From NCBI GenBank assembly GCA_950097015.1, contig CATNEN010000002.1, positions 5,890,001 through 5,954,000 of the forward strand: a stretch of DNA of 64,000 nt. The letters run 5' to 3'. This document shows positions 51,356 to 63,880 of this stretch, piece by piece (within the stretch, counting starts at the first letter, position 1; every line of letters starts with the position of its first letter). This DNA comes from Macrostomum hystrix (taxonomy: Eukaryota; Animalia; Platyhelminthes). Position numbers and translations under genes: made by a program. The notes beneath the pieces were generated by a model. That model was not told where the DNA came from and made no database searches. It worked only from the letters and a program-made list of their open reading frames with translations.

Positions 51356-52022
51356 CCCTCATAGTTGGTCTCGACCTTGAGATCCAGGTACTCATCGTCC
51401 AGGTAGCTGATTCTCTGCTCCTTCTGATCCTCGCAGCCGAAGAACGCCCCGAAGCAGCGCTGGTGAATGTTGGCTCCATGGTCCAGCAGGAACTTCACCA
51501 TGACGGGGTCCTCGTTGGAGATGGCGATGTGCAACACGGCCTCGCCGTAGTACACATCCAGCAGGTAGATGTCGTTGATGACCTTCGGGTAGAACTCGAT
51601 GATGCGCCTGGCAACGTCCATGTGGATTGGCGTGGCATTCAGGAAGCAGAGGTGCAGGCAGGTCTCGCCCACGGCTCCCCGCTGCTCGAGATCCCAGCAG
51701 ACGTCGCGATATCCGTTGTCAACCTCCTCGTTGCCGCCGCCGCTGACGCAGGTGCCGTCGGCGTCCGTGTCGGCGTGAACAATGTCCAGCATGGGGTAGA
51801 CATTGTTGCTAGGCGTGGCTCGCTTGCCTTTCCGGCCGGCTGGCGATTTCGCTAACGGCGGTGGACCGTCCCGAGTTCGAAACTTGACCAGCTCGGAGAC
51901 GTGCACTTTTTTGCCTTCTCCGTCGTTATAGAGAAACAACCTCATCTCCTGCTTGATGCGCTCGTCCAGACGGCGATAATCCTCAGCTGTCTGACATTTC
52001 TTGGCCGCCTCGATGAGCTCGC
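51356..52022 (-). CDS. nan: TRPV exon 2 (N-terminus and ankyrin repeats)
   Basis: TTCGCAG|GC...GG|GTGAG; RGAVGETCLHLC, YYGEAVLHIAISNEDPVMVKFLL, RCFGAFFGCEDQK, TNYEG. Confidence 0.96.
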
Positions 52023-52389
52023 CTGCGAATCCGCGGGATTTTTCCATTCTTTACTATTAACTTTGTATCGTTGGAGGATTTTTCAAAGTTTCCGCTGAGT
52101 TTTCTAGGAAACTATCTTGACTTTGGTTCTGAATTCGTATTAATGAAAAAAATTTTCTTGTCTACCTGTGGTTTGTCTGTACGGGGGCGGATTTTGTGCA
52201 CAAAGAGCGGATTCTATTTGAATTGTGGATTTTTAGGAAATAGAGGGATTTTCTGTAAAAGGAAGGATTTTTTAAAGGAGGTGGATTTTCTGAAAAGGTG
52301 GATTTTCCAAGAAACTGGACTTTTAAAAGAGGTGGATTACATGTAAATCGGCAGTTGTACATAGTGTGAATTTTCTAAAAACAAAGACA

Positions 52390-53350
52390 ATTTTCTAAGA
52401 AGGCCGATTCTCTGAGAAGTGCGGATTTCCTTAGAATGGCGGATTTTCTTAGAATGGCGGATTTTCTTAGAAGAGTGGATTTTCTTAGAAAGATGGAATT
52501 TCCTAAGAATGGTGGATTATCTTAGAAGGGTGGATTTTCTTAGAAGAGTGGATTTTCCTTAGATGGGTGCATTTTCTTAGCAAGGCGGACTTTTCTTAAG
52601 AAGGGTGGATTTTCTTAGAAAGGCGGATTTTCCTAAGAAGGGTGGGTTTTCTTAGAAGGTTCTTGGAATGGAGGATTTTCTTAGAAGAGTGGATTTTTTC
52701 TTAGAAGGGCGGGTTTTCTCAGAAACGCGGATGTTTCATAGAAAGGCGGATTTTCTTGGAAGCGCGGATTTTCCTTAGAAGGGTGCATTTTCTTAGAATG
52801 GTGGATTTTCTTAGAAGGAAGGATTTTCTTAGAAGTAAGGATTTTCTTAGAAACGCGGATTTCCTAAGAAGGGCAGATTTTCTTAGAAGGGCGGATTTTC
52901 TTAGAAGGGCGGATTTTCTTAGAAGGGCGGATTTTCCTTAGAAGGGTGCATTTTCTTAGAAAGGCGGATTTTCTTAGAAGGGCGGATTTTTCCTAAGAAT
53001 GGCGGATTTTCTTAGAAGGAAGGATTTTCTTAGAAGGAAGGATTTTCTTAGAAGTAAGGATTTTCTTAGAAACGCGGATTTCCTAAGAAGGGCAGATTTT
53101 CTTAGAAGGGCGGATTTTCTTAGAAGGGCGGATTTTCTTAGAAGGGCGGATTTTCCTTAGAAGGGTGCATTTTCTTAGAAAGGCGGATTTTCTTAGAAGG
53201 GCGGATTTTCCTAAGAATGGCGGATTTTCTTAGAAGGAAGGATTTTCTTAAAAGCGCGGATTTTCTAAGAAGGGCAGATTTTCTTAGACGTGCGGTATTT
53301 CTTAGAAGGGTGGATTTTCTTAGAAACGCGGATGTTCTGAGAAGGGCGGA
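52390..53350. repeat. 18-bp minisatellite (GGCGGATTTTCTTAGAAG)n, TRPV intron 1
   Basis: Tandem units. Confidence 0.94.
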
Positions 53351-54024
53351 TTTTTAAAGAGAACGGAACATTTTCATTTGACGGCTATATTTTCTGAAAC
53401 AAATGCTTTGCTTAGAATGGATGGATTCTCTGTAAAGAAGCAAATATTCTTGAATAACGCTGATATTCTGTAAGGAGCCAAATTTCTACTCGTATCATAT
53501 GAAGTCTATCTGAATTTATGTCAAAGATATTTATAAATAAATATCATTGTGGTCTTACTAGAAAATATTTCGAAATTAGAATTTCATAGAAATAGAGATT
53601 ATTTTGGGATTTAATTTCAGCAAATCGATGATTTAACAGCTTGATATTTAAAAGTGCTAACAACTCCAACAACTTAGCCTGAACGTTGGCAAAAAATACA
53701 TCCGCTTTGTAGGGCCCACTATCTGAGCTGCTTTAAACATCCCTCCAGATTTTCAAAATCAGCTTTGGAATGAGCTCACGTTCTCACTCAGCGATAAGGA
53801 TAAGGGATTATTGGGATTTGAGCTGGCTCTGTTGACATTGGCGACGGCAAACACGGGTCTAGCCGCGAGTCTCTGTTTACTTGGCCAACCTGAGCACTAG
53901 TGCTCAAACAGCTGAGCTGCGGAGTAGTTGAGATCAGAGCAGCTTAGTTGGCCTGGAACTCAACAGCTTTGCACCTGCGATTTACACCTGTGCTTCAGCA
54001 CCAGGTTAATGTTCAGATTAGATG

Positions 54025-54690
54025 GATCAGGGAAGGCGATTAGCTCACCTACCTGAGGGATCAGGGGAAGGCGATTAGCTCACCTACCTGAGGGATCAGG
54101 GAACGGGATTAGCTTGGCTACCTGAGGGATTAGGGGAAGGGGATTAGCTTGGCTACCTGAGGGATCAGGGGAATGGGATTAGCTCACCTACCTGAGAGAA
54201 CAGGGGTATTGGATTAGCTTGGCTACCTGACGGATCAGGGGAAGGGGCTGAAAGATCAGGGAACGGGATTAGCTTGGCTACCTGAGGGATCAGGGGAATG
54301 CGATTAGCTTGGCTACCTGAGGGATCAGGGGAATGGGATTAGCTTAGCTACCTGAGGGATCAGGGGAAGGGGATTAGCTCACCTACCTGAGGGATCAGGA
54401 GAAGGGAATTAGCTTGGCTACCTGAAGGATCAGGGGCATGGGATTAGCTTAGCTACCTGAGGGATCAGGGGCATGGGATTAGCTTAGCTACCTGAGGGAT
54501 CAGGGGAATGGGATTAGCTCAGCTACCTGAGGGATCAGGGGCATGGGATTAGCTTAGCTACCTGAGGGATCAGGGGAATGGGATTAGCTTAGCTACCTGA
54601 GGGATCAGGGAAAGGGGCTGAAAGATCAGGGAACGGGATTAGCTTGGCTACCTGAGGGATCAGGGAAAGGGGATTAGCTTAGCCACCTGA
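54025..54690. repeat. 35-bp minisatellite (GGGATTAGCTTAGCTACCTGAGGGATCAGGGGAAT)n, TRPV intron 1
   Basis: Tandem units. Confidence 0.95.
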
Positions 54691-55152
54691 TGCAATAAGG
54701 CAATGGAAGGGGATTTAACAGTCAGATCGTGAGATGGCAGGTATTCAAAGGCCAGGGAAGCGAGCTGTCAATTAAATGTCTCTCAATTCCAACCCCAAAA
54801 TGTGCCACTTGAACCGATAATCCAGTCGAGAAGTTCATCAGTTTCAGCCTCACAGCCAATTAGCTCTGCCTGCCTGCGTTCTAAAAAGTGCAGCTTCAAA
54901 AAACACCTACAAAATCCGTCTCTGCAACTCTATGCGAAAAATTTTAAACTGAAAAGAAAGATGGGAGAGCTGAAGAACTCAAAACTTGCCATTAGTTCCC
55001 GTTGAGCTCAAAAACCTATCCGTGCTCAGACAATGCGCCGGAAACCTGACTGACTGCTGCTGCAGAGTCTGACCGACTGTAGATCAATGTTTGGTTGCCT
55101 ATGGCAACCAACTAACTGGTTTACTGAGGCTGTGCTGTTAGCCTGCTTTAGG

Positions 55153-55475
55153 GAATAGAAAATAGTAGAATAGAATATAATAGAATAGAAAAGAATAGAA
55201 TAGAATAGAATAGAATAGAATAGAATAGAATATAATAGAATAGAAGAGAATAGTATAGAATAGAATAGTATAGAATAGAATATAATAGAATAGAATAGAA
55301 TAGAATAGAATAGAATTGAAAAGAATAGAAGAGTAGAGAATAGAATAGAATAGAATAGAATTGAATAGAATTGAAGAGAATAGAAGAGAAGAGAATAGAA
55401 TAGAATAGAATAGAATAGAATAGAACAGAATAAAATAGAATAGAAGAGAAGAGAATAGAATAGAGTAATAGAATG
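55153..55475. repeat. (AATAG)n microsatellite
   Basis: Direct reading. Confidence 0.97.
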
Positions 55476-55953
55476 TAAGCAAATACGAGTACTATTAGAG
55501 ACTACAATAAAAATTCGTCCTATTTTCAACTTGAACAACCATGGGATAATCGCCAATAGTAAAACTGCAACTCAACATATGTTTCCCGTATTTGAAGCAT
55601 ATTCAGGGGATATTGCTTTGAACATTTTCAAAGCAATCAAGCGAATAGAACAATTATCATATGAATTGGAAAATACGGAACGAACGAAATAATATATCTA
55701 ATAGAAATTATTAAATAGAAGACATGCTACACAAGGGATGGAATATATAATATATAAAATAGAATAGACAAACTAAATAATAGGGAATTAAATATAAGAA
55801 AATTTATGGAATAGGATATAGACGGATTGGAAAATTATTAAAATAGTTTAATTTAAACCCGAGACCCCAATTGTGGCGGGAGTAAACCGAATTGAGTAGA
55901 AATCAAAGTTAAAGGTTCTGGGACTTCGAAACAAAGCAACCGAGACAATTCAC

Positions 55954-56050
55954 CTCCTCCGGTCAGATCAACGAATCGATAGGCTTTGAAGGCCTTGTTG
56001 TCCGTCTGTTCCTTCACCGAGGACTGGATGTTCGGCTGGTTGTTGCCCAT
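55954..56050 (-). CDS. nan: TRPV exon 1 (start)
   Basis: ATG at 56050. MGNNQPNIQSSVKEQTDNKAFKAYRFVDLTGG parallels the recalled Nanchung N-terminus MGNTESNVTSGVKKQ...LYKFVNLKGGG. Donor G|GTGAAT, phase 1, joins exon 2. The 12 exons total 2406 nt (801 aa). Confidence 0.9.
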
Positions 56051-56634
56051 CCTGCTGGCTGGTCTGCTCAAAAATCTCCACCCAGATTCCTGTCGAGTGA
56101 TGAAGGGAAGTTACTAGATTCCCTAGACTGTTTTCTAATTTATCTAGGGAAAATGAGAGAAGGAAGGAGACTGAAGGAAGAGCTTGCGAGAACCTATGGG
56201 CGGTCACCTGGTTGCCATAGCAACAGCTTTGTGTTTTACGCGCGCGAGAAAGAAAGACAAGGGAGAGGAGAGAGAAAAAAACTGCAACTGGCTTGCATTG
56301 GGGAGTTTTGGGAAGAATCCCAAACTCAAACTCAAACTGCGTGAGGGAGCCTTAAAAGGTAAAAAAAATGCTTTACCGCTGCCCACTGCTGCTGCTGCTA
56401 CTGATGCAGGTCCACTTTTCATTTTTCAGAAATCGATCAACTTCCCTTATGCAACTCATTCAAGAAGTGGGCGATAAATTATTGATGAATAAAAATTGCC
56501 TTCCACAGAAGTGACGCTGTGTATTTTGGGGAAGTGTACGCTTGTATGAGAGGGAACATTTTCTCAACATTCTTTTCTAAATGTTTGATTGCTCATTGGA
56601 GTGGTATTTATTGTTAGACTTCACTAGTCATCTC

Positions 56635-57130
56635 CATAATTAGCCTTCCCATTATCCCCCCAGTCCATCATTAGCCTTCCTATTCTCCCCCCACTCCATC
56701 ATTAGCCTTCCCATTCTCCCCCACTCCATCATTAGCTTTCCCATTCTCCCCCAGTCCATCATTAGCTTTCCCATTCTCCCCCAGTCCATCATTAGCCTTC
56801 CCATTCTCCCCCCACTCCATCATTAGCCTTCCCATTCTCCACCAGTCCATCATTAGCCTTCCCATTCTCCCCCACTCCATCATTAGCTTTCCCATTCTCC
56901 CCCAGTCCATCATTAGCCTTCCCATTCTCCCCCAGTCGATCATTAGCCTTCCCATTCTCCCCCCACTCCATCATTAGCTTTCCCATTCTCCCCCAGTCCA
57001 TCATTAGCCTTCCCATTCTCCCCCAGTCGATCATTAGCCTTCCTATTCTCCCCCCACTCCATCATTAGCTTACCCATTCTCCCCCAGTCCATCATTAGCT
57101 TTCCCATTCTCCCCCAGTCCATCATTAGCC
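56635..57130. repeat. 30/31-bp minisatellite (CCATTCTCCCCCAGTCCATCATTAGCCTTC)n
   Basis: Tandem units. Confidence 0.96.
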
Positions 57131-57434
57131 TTTATTCTCACTTCAAAAAAAGTTAATGGTTTATAAAAGCTATAGAAAAGCTTGTCGCATTTATAGAACT
57201 AAATAAGTACTCTCACCTGACTACTCTCAATATACAAGTTTTATGAGTAGAAAAGTTTGGACCATTGCAAAAAGCTTTAAAGAACACGAAGTACGAGCCG
57301 TATTTTCTAGCATACACTAAACTATCAGAGTTGAGCCAACTATCATAAATCGATGTCTGAAAAAAACTGATGTGTCCACAAAAAGTTTCCGTTAGGGATT
57401 TTATTTTTTATTACAGATATCAGCAGCTACCAGT

Positions 57435-58892
57435 CCGTGTCTCATCTGTGCTGTATCTCATTTCTGTATTGTCTAATCTCTCCCGTGTCTCATCTCTGTA
57501 TTGTCTAATCTCTCCCGTGTCTCATCTCTCCCGTGTCTCATCTCTCCCGTGTCTCATCTCTCCCGTGTCTCATCTCTCCGGTGTCTAATCTCTCCCGTGT
57601 CCCATCTCTCCCGTGTCTCATCTCTCCCGTGTCTCATCTCTCCCGTGTCTCATCTCTCCCGTGTCTCATCTCTCCCGTGTCTCATCTCTCCGGTGTCTAA
57701 TCTCTCCCGTGTCCCATCTCTCCCGTGTCTCATCTCTCCCGTGTCTCATCTCTCCCGTGTTTCATCTCTCCTGTGTCTCATCTCTCCCGTGTCTCATCTC
57801 TCCCGTGTCCCATCTCTCGCGTGTCTCATCTCTCCCGTGTCTCATCTCTCCCGTGTCTCATCTCTCCGGTGTCTAATCTCTCCCGTGTCCCATCTCTCCC
57901 GTGTCTCATCTCTCCCGTGTCTCATCTCTCCCGTGTTTCATCTCTCCTGTGTCTCATCTCTCCCGTGTCCCATCTCTCCCGTGTCCCATCTCTCCCGTGT
58001 CTCATCTCTCCCGTGTCTCATCTCTCCCGTGTTTCATCTCTCCCGTGTCTCATCTCTTCCGTGTCTAATCTCTAACGTGTCTCATCTCTCCCGTGTCTCA
58101 TATCTACCGTGTCTCATCTCTCCCCTGTCTCGTCTCTCCCGTGTCCCATCTCTCCCGTGTCTCATCTCACCCGTGTCTCATCTCTCCCGTGCCACATCTC
58201 TCCCGTGTCTCATCTCTCCCGTGTCTCATCTCTCCCGTGTCTCATCTCTCCCGTGTCTCATCTCTCCCGTGTCTTATCTCTCCCATGTCTCATCTCTCTC
58301 GTGTCTGATCTCTCTCGTGTCTCATCTCTCCCGTGTCTCATCTCTCTCGTGTCCAATCTCTGACGTGTCTCATCTCTCCCATGTCTCATCTCTCCCGTGT
58401 CTCATCTCTCCCGTGTCTAATCTCTCCCGTGTCTCATCTCTCCCGTGTTTCATCTCTGCCGTGTCTCATCTCTCCCGTGTCTCATCTCACCCGTGTCTCA
58501 TCTCTCCCCTGTCTCATCTCTCCCGTGTCTCATCCCTCCCATATCTCATCTCTCCAGTGTCTCATCTCTCCAGTGTCTCATCTCACCCGTGTCTCATCTC
58601 TCCCCTGTCTCATCTCTCCCGTGTCTCATCCCTCCCATATCTCATCTCTCCCGTGTCTCATCTCTCCCGTGTCTCATCTCTCCCGTGTCTCATCTCTCCC
58701 GTGTCTCATCTCTCCCGTGTTTCATCTCTCCCGTGTCTCATCTCTCCCGTGTCTCATCTCTCCCGTGTTTCATCTCTCCCGTGTCTCATCTCTCCCGTGT
58801 CTCATCTCTCCCGTGTCTCATCTCTCCCGTGTTTCATCTCTCCCGTGTCTCATCTCTCTTGTGTCATCTCTCCCGTGTCTCATCTCTCCCGT
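57435..58892. repeat. 16-bp minisatellite (GTGTCTCATCTCTCCC)n, third locus
   Basis: The monomer is identical to that at 764-2074. Confidence 0.97.
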
Positions 58893-59989
58893 GGAGAAAT
58901 CTCTATATCAATTCTCTACAATGAAAGCCTTTGTCATTGTCATGGCCCATAAGGTATGGAAGATTGCCGACCCCTGTTGCAAAAGGTTAAGTGAATTTTT
59001 AGTCTCAAAATTTCGCTAAAAATCAGTTTCATAGCCTCGGGGCATGTGTGTGTGCGAGCTTTAACTGGGATCTTTTATCCATAATAAAAAAGGGATGCTA
59101 CACCAAAATGTGCCAACGAACAGCTGGTCGATCATGTCTCATTGTGCGATGGGTGACATTGCGCAACACCCTGTTATCTGTCTGAATAGCCGGTATTTTG
59201 TACACTTTCATTTTCGCACCTTGCACACAAAGCATTCGATAAAAGGCAGCAGAGAATCGAATCACTCTGGATGACCTCAGCAACTAAATGCGGCTGCTCA
59301 CTTCAGATTTGACTTGAAATTGACTCAAAAACCACTGGTTGCGCAACTGGGGAAAATTTAGTCTGAAATCCCTACCCGCTGTTCGGACAATAATTTGGCA
59401 TTTTGAGACGACTTATTGCAAAATGCGAGAAAAATCCATTGCTCAGGATGAGCAGCCTCTCAGTGGGCGGTCGGTGTTTGGTACCGAACGGATCCAGCTG
59501 GGCTACTGCGGCCAGTCAGAGGTGCGAAAGCTAGGAATAAGTTAGGTGAGCTGTTCATAACAGACTTGCTCTCAGTTCTCATATTATACTTGCATTCTAT
59601 TGCTACAAAATCTATTTACACCCTGGCGTTCTTTATCTTTAACTATTCGCTACTTTTGCTATATGGAACTGTGTTTTACTTGGTTAAATCTGATGCAAGA
59701 ACACATAAGCATGCCATTCATTAGCAGCCTACAGTTAAATTGTGTACCGTCAACTGTTAAACTATTATATTAAAATATTTGGCTGCCAAAACGATAACTT
59801 TCTATCGTTAAGTCTATGATGCTAACAGTCAATGATTAACTGCCTATCAAAGGGTGTCTACCCTTAATACTACCTCGTTATCTCTACATCATTAACACTA
59901 CATCGTTAATTGGTACATCGCTAACTCTAAATTGTTAAATGAATATGGTTTACTTTAAATCGTCAACTATATATCGTTAAATTAATATA

Positions 59990-61085
59990 GTTAACTCTAC
60001 ATCGTTAACTCTACATCGTTATCTCTACATCGTTAACTCTACATCGTTAACTCTACATCGTTATCTCTACATCGATATCTCTACATCGATATCTCTACAT
60101 CGTTAACTCTACATCGTTAACTCTACATCGTTAACTCTACATCGATATCTCTGCACCGTTAACTCTACATCGTTAACTCTACATCGATATCTCTGCACCG
60201 TTAACTCTACATCGTTAACTCTACATCGTTATCTCTACATCATTAACTCTACATCGTTAACTCTACATCGTTAACTCTACATCGATATCTCTGCACCGTT
60301 AACTCTACATCGTTAACTCTACATCGTTAACTCTACATCGTTATCTCTACATCGTTAACTCTACATCGTTAACTCTACATCGTTAACTCTACATCGTTAT
60401 CTCTACATCGTTAACTCTACATCGTTATCTCTACATCAATATCTCTACATCAATATCTCTACATCGATAACTCTACATCGTTAACTCTACGTCGTTAACT
60501 CTACATCGTTATCTCTACATCAATATCTCTACATCGTTAACTCTACATCGTTAACACTACACCGTTAACTCTACGTCGATATCTCTACATCAATATCTCT
60601 ACATCGATAACTCTACATCGTTAACTCTACGTCGTTAACTCTACATCGTTATCTCTACATCAATATCTTCACATCGTTAACTCTACACCGTTAACTCTAC
60701 ATCGTTAACTCTACATCGTTAACTCTACATCGATATCTCTACATCGATATCTCTACATCGTTAACTTTACACCGTTAAATCTACATCGATATCTCTACAT
60801 CGATATCTCTACATCGTTAACTTTACACCGTTAACTCTACATCGATATCTCTACATCGATATCTCTACATCGTTAACTTTACACCGTTAACTCTTCATCG
60901 TTATCTCTACATCGATATCTCTACATTGATATCTCTACATCGTTAACTCTACATCGTTAACTCTACATCGTTATCTCTACATCGTTAACTCTACACCGTT
61001 AACTCTACATCGTTATCTCTACATCGCTATCTCTACATCGATATCTCTACATCGTTAACTTTACACCGTTAACTCAAAGTCTACA
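59990..61085. repeat. 14-bp minisatellite (TCGTTAACTCTACA / TCGATATCTCTACA)n with long decayed flanks
   Basis: Tandem units. Confidence 0.96.
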
Positions 61086-61471
61086 TCGTTAACTCTTTAT
61101 CATTAAATATATATCGTTAACTTTACACCGTTAACTCTACATTGTAAACTCAACATCGTTAACTCTATCTCGTTAACTGTCTATTCGTTAACCTCAGTAG
61201 TTAACTTTACGTCGTTAAACGACTATAATTAACTTTCTTATCTTTATCGTTATCTATTACTCTTTTTCGTTAATTGTTAACCGTCTTATATTTTACTTTT
61301 CATAACTGACTGTCTATCGTTAACTGATCGTTAACTGATAGACTAATTTTCAATATTCGAATTCGGTCAATCAGACAAGAAGCACAGTGGGTCCATAAAA
61401 ACGTGGGCACAGCGGGCCTGGTGGGTCCATGAAAACGATTCGTCACATCCCAAACCCGAGCCCACTCACGC

Positions 61472-61549
61472 AGCCAATGAGAGAGCGCGTAGCGGGCTTC
61501 CGGTCGCAGCCTCCCCATCGGACACTCCCCCCAATTAATGAGGATAAAT
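61472..61549 (+). promoter_or_regulatory. Candidate bHLH promoter: CCAAT box (AGCCAATGA, 61472) and TATA-like GATAAATA (61542)
   Basis: Motif order and spacing upstream of the ATG at 61659. Confidence 0.35.
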
Positions 61550-61658
61550 ACAGCGGATAGTTTTTGAGTCCGAATTAACGATATCGAATCCCACGCACTA
61601 AAGGTGTCAGACCGTCTCACAAGAGGATTAGAGACAGACTCAATCGACTCTCGCAACA

Positions 61659-61819
61659 ATGAGCTGCCAAAAGCTGACAAGCCACTTCGCACCGGCCTGG
61701 GACTTTGCTCCCGCAATGTCGTCTCCCTACTGGAGATACAGGAGCACCTGCCACCAGCTGCCATTGCTGCAGCCGCTGCCGCCACCGACTCCGCTGAGAT
61801 GGAACAGTTGCACATTGGC

Positions 61820-61852
<33 letters not shown>

Positions 61853-62246
61853 GATGGTTTTGACCCGGGCTGCAGCCGCCTCCATGCGGCCACCTCAGCG
61901 GCAGCCGCGGCGGCAGCGTCGTCAGCAGCCGAGGCGCAGCAGGAACAGCGCCAGGACGGCGCAGTCAGCCGAGGAGCGACTCTTGGCCAATGAGCGGGAG
62001 CGAGAGCGGATGGGTCAGCTGGCTGACGGCTTCCGCCAGTTGAAGCTGCACCTGCCGAACATTCCACCGGACATGAAGCTGTCCAAGCTGAACACCCTGC
62101 GCCTGGCAACCAGGTACATCCAGGAGCTGACGGAACTGCTCCATCCCGATTCGACAACGACGAAGCCGGTCGATCGGCGAAGCGACGGAAGTTCAAGCAG
62201 CGCTGCCGATGCATCCGCACTGGGAGCTGACACATCTGGCTGGTGA
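61659..62246 (+). CDS. Class A bHLH transcription factor, most like the MyoR/TCF21/musculin group; single exon
   Basis: RLLANERERERMGQLADGFRQLKLHLPNIPPDMKLSKLNTLRLATRYIQELTELL has the ANxRERxRM and PPDxKLSKLxTLRLA motifs. Subfamily and start codon are uncertain. Confidence 0.88.
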
Positions 62247-62394
62247 CGCTGTTTCCTTCGATCATTGTTCACGGAGCTCTTTTAATTTCGATGTGACTCA
62301 AATCGGTTCTCACTCTTACTGAGCACTTCTCAGCGGTCGCTACATCTGCTCTTTTCACCTGTCCACTTCCAATTCTATTTATCTACTTCTTAGC

Positions 62395-62817
62395 CTAATC
62401 TGTCTACTTCTCATCCCTAACCTGTCTACTTCTCATCTCTAACCTGTCTACTTCTCATCTCTAGCCTGTCTACTTCTCATCTCTAACCTGTCTGCTTCTC
62501 ATGCCTAACCTGTCTACTTCTCATCCCTAAGCTGTCTACTTCTCATCTCTAACCTGTCTACTTCTCATGCCTAACCTGTCTACTTCTCATCCCTAACCTG
62601 TCTACTTCTCATGCCTAACCTGTCTACTTCTCATGCCTAACCTGTCTCCTTTTTATACCTCCAACTCCAATTCCGATCTCCAACTCAACTAACTACTTTC
62701 TAACTCACCAGTCTACCAATCAACTCACCAGTCTACCAATCAACTCACCTGTCTACCAATCAACTCACCTGTCTACCAATCAACTCACCAGTCTACCTAT
62801 CAACTCACCTGTCTACT
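62395..62817. repeat. 22-bp (AACCTGTCTACTTCTCATCCCT)n followed by 20-bp (CAACTCACCTGTCTACCAAT)n
   Basis: Tandem units. Confidence 0.92.
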
Positions 62818-63354
62818 TGAAAAGAGAAGTGAGAAGCGACCGTGAGAAGCATGCTATATTTGCTAACTGTTTGCTAACCAAAGATTTTAATTATTATTGC
62901 GCAGGAAATTCTTATAAAATGCTTTTTATATTGCTACTGATAGTAGTATGTAATGCAATTCGGAGTTCATCTTAGCCTTGCTTAATATACAAGACTTAGA
63001 TTTTTTGTTTCGACCATATTTTTCACTCTGCCAGGTGCCACAAAGCAATGAGAATGTTTCTTGTTAGGCTATTTTATTATCTTTTAGAGCACAAATTTGT
63101 ATCTTTATTTAATTTTTTTCCAATTCTAGAATTCCAACAAACTATTTTTTCGCTCCAGCCCTGCCTTTCACTTTGTCTCTTAACTCGAAAATTTTGCTCA
63201 TTCTACACTCGAATTTTTTTAACTGCGTCGTTTAAATTCTCGAAATTTGCTTGCAGGTTCTCTAGCATTGCGTCATTGCCTAATAGATGTTTCTAAACAG
63301 TGCCATGTACAGTTAAACAAAATTATTCATTTTTCTTAGTCTTCTTGCATCTAA

Positions 63355-63515
63355 AGTGGTTTCAGTCAAGTAGTTAAACTGGCGTCGAACTGGCAACGTG
63401 AAGGTCGGGGGTTCGATTCCTACTCAAGAACTAAACTCGACTTATATTCACCCAGCTGTTAAGCAGACACCTTGTGGCGCATCCCAGTCCATGGACTGAG
63501 CAGCTGTACTCAGAC
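63355..63515 (+). mobile_element. tRNA-derived SINE (family A)
   Basis: tRNA-like head ending AAGGTCGGGGGTTCGATTCC (B-box), then TTCACCCAGCTGT and GTCCATGGACTGAGCAGCTGTAC, shared with the copy at 1-140. Confidence 0.7.
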
Positions 63516-63535
63516 TTACTATTAATATAAGGCTT

Positions 63536-63880
63536 GAATATAATATTGGGGGTGAGTCGAAGAGCAGTTAACTCTTTGCCTCTCGCACCAAGGTCCCTGA
63601 GCTCGAGGCCACATTCATTTGGGGCGCAGCCGTGCAGAGAAGGCTTGGGGGCTTGTCGTGCAATTGACGCCCTTGAGGGCCAACCTCCAAGGCACAGTGA
63701 GAGTGTACACTGCATGACGATGAGAATGGCAGGGCAGGTGTACACACCTGTGTCAGTGTGTGCTCAGGAGCCATCGAAATGGGCAGAATTGCCTCCTCGC
63801 TGGCTGCAGGTCCATTGCCACCAATTGATGTGCTATTGCCTGTAGCTCTCCTGCAATTGTTATTATCATTATCATCATTA
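63536..63880 (+). mobile_element. Second SINE (family B) flanked by a 20-bp TSD
   Basis: Direct repeat TTACTATTAATAT[A/G]AGGCTT at 63516-63535 and 63881-63900 (19/20). Degenerate tRNA-like head (GGGGGTGAGTCGAAGAGC...GAGCTCGAGGCC) and an (ATT/ATC)n tail. Confidence 0.7.

Noticed and set aside
61300-62265. 321-aa antisense ORF and the alternative-frame Ala-rich ORF (61604-61993) over the bHLH gene
   Set aside because: They arise from GCA/GCC repeats and high GC content. The 61604 ORF starts at GTG, and only the 61659 frame has a domain.
63355-63430. Functional tRNA gene
   Set aside because: A B-box is present, but I cannot fold a proper cloverleaf or acceptor stem, and it continues into a SINE core. 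The same holds for 95-140.
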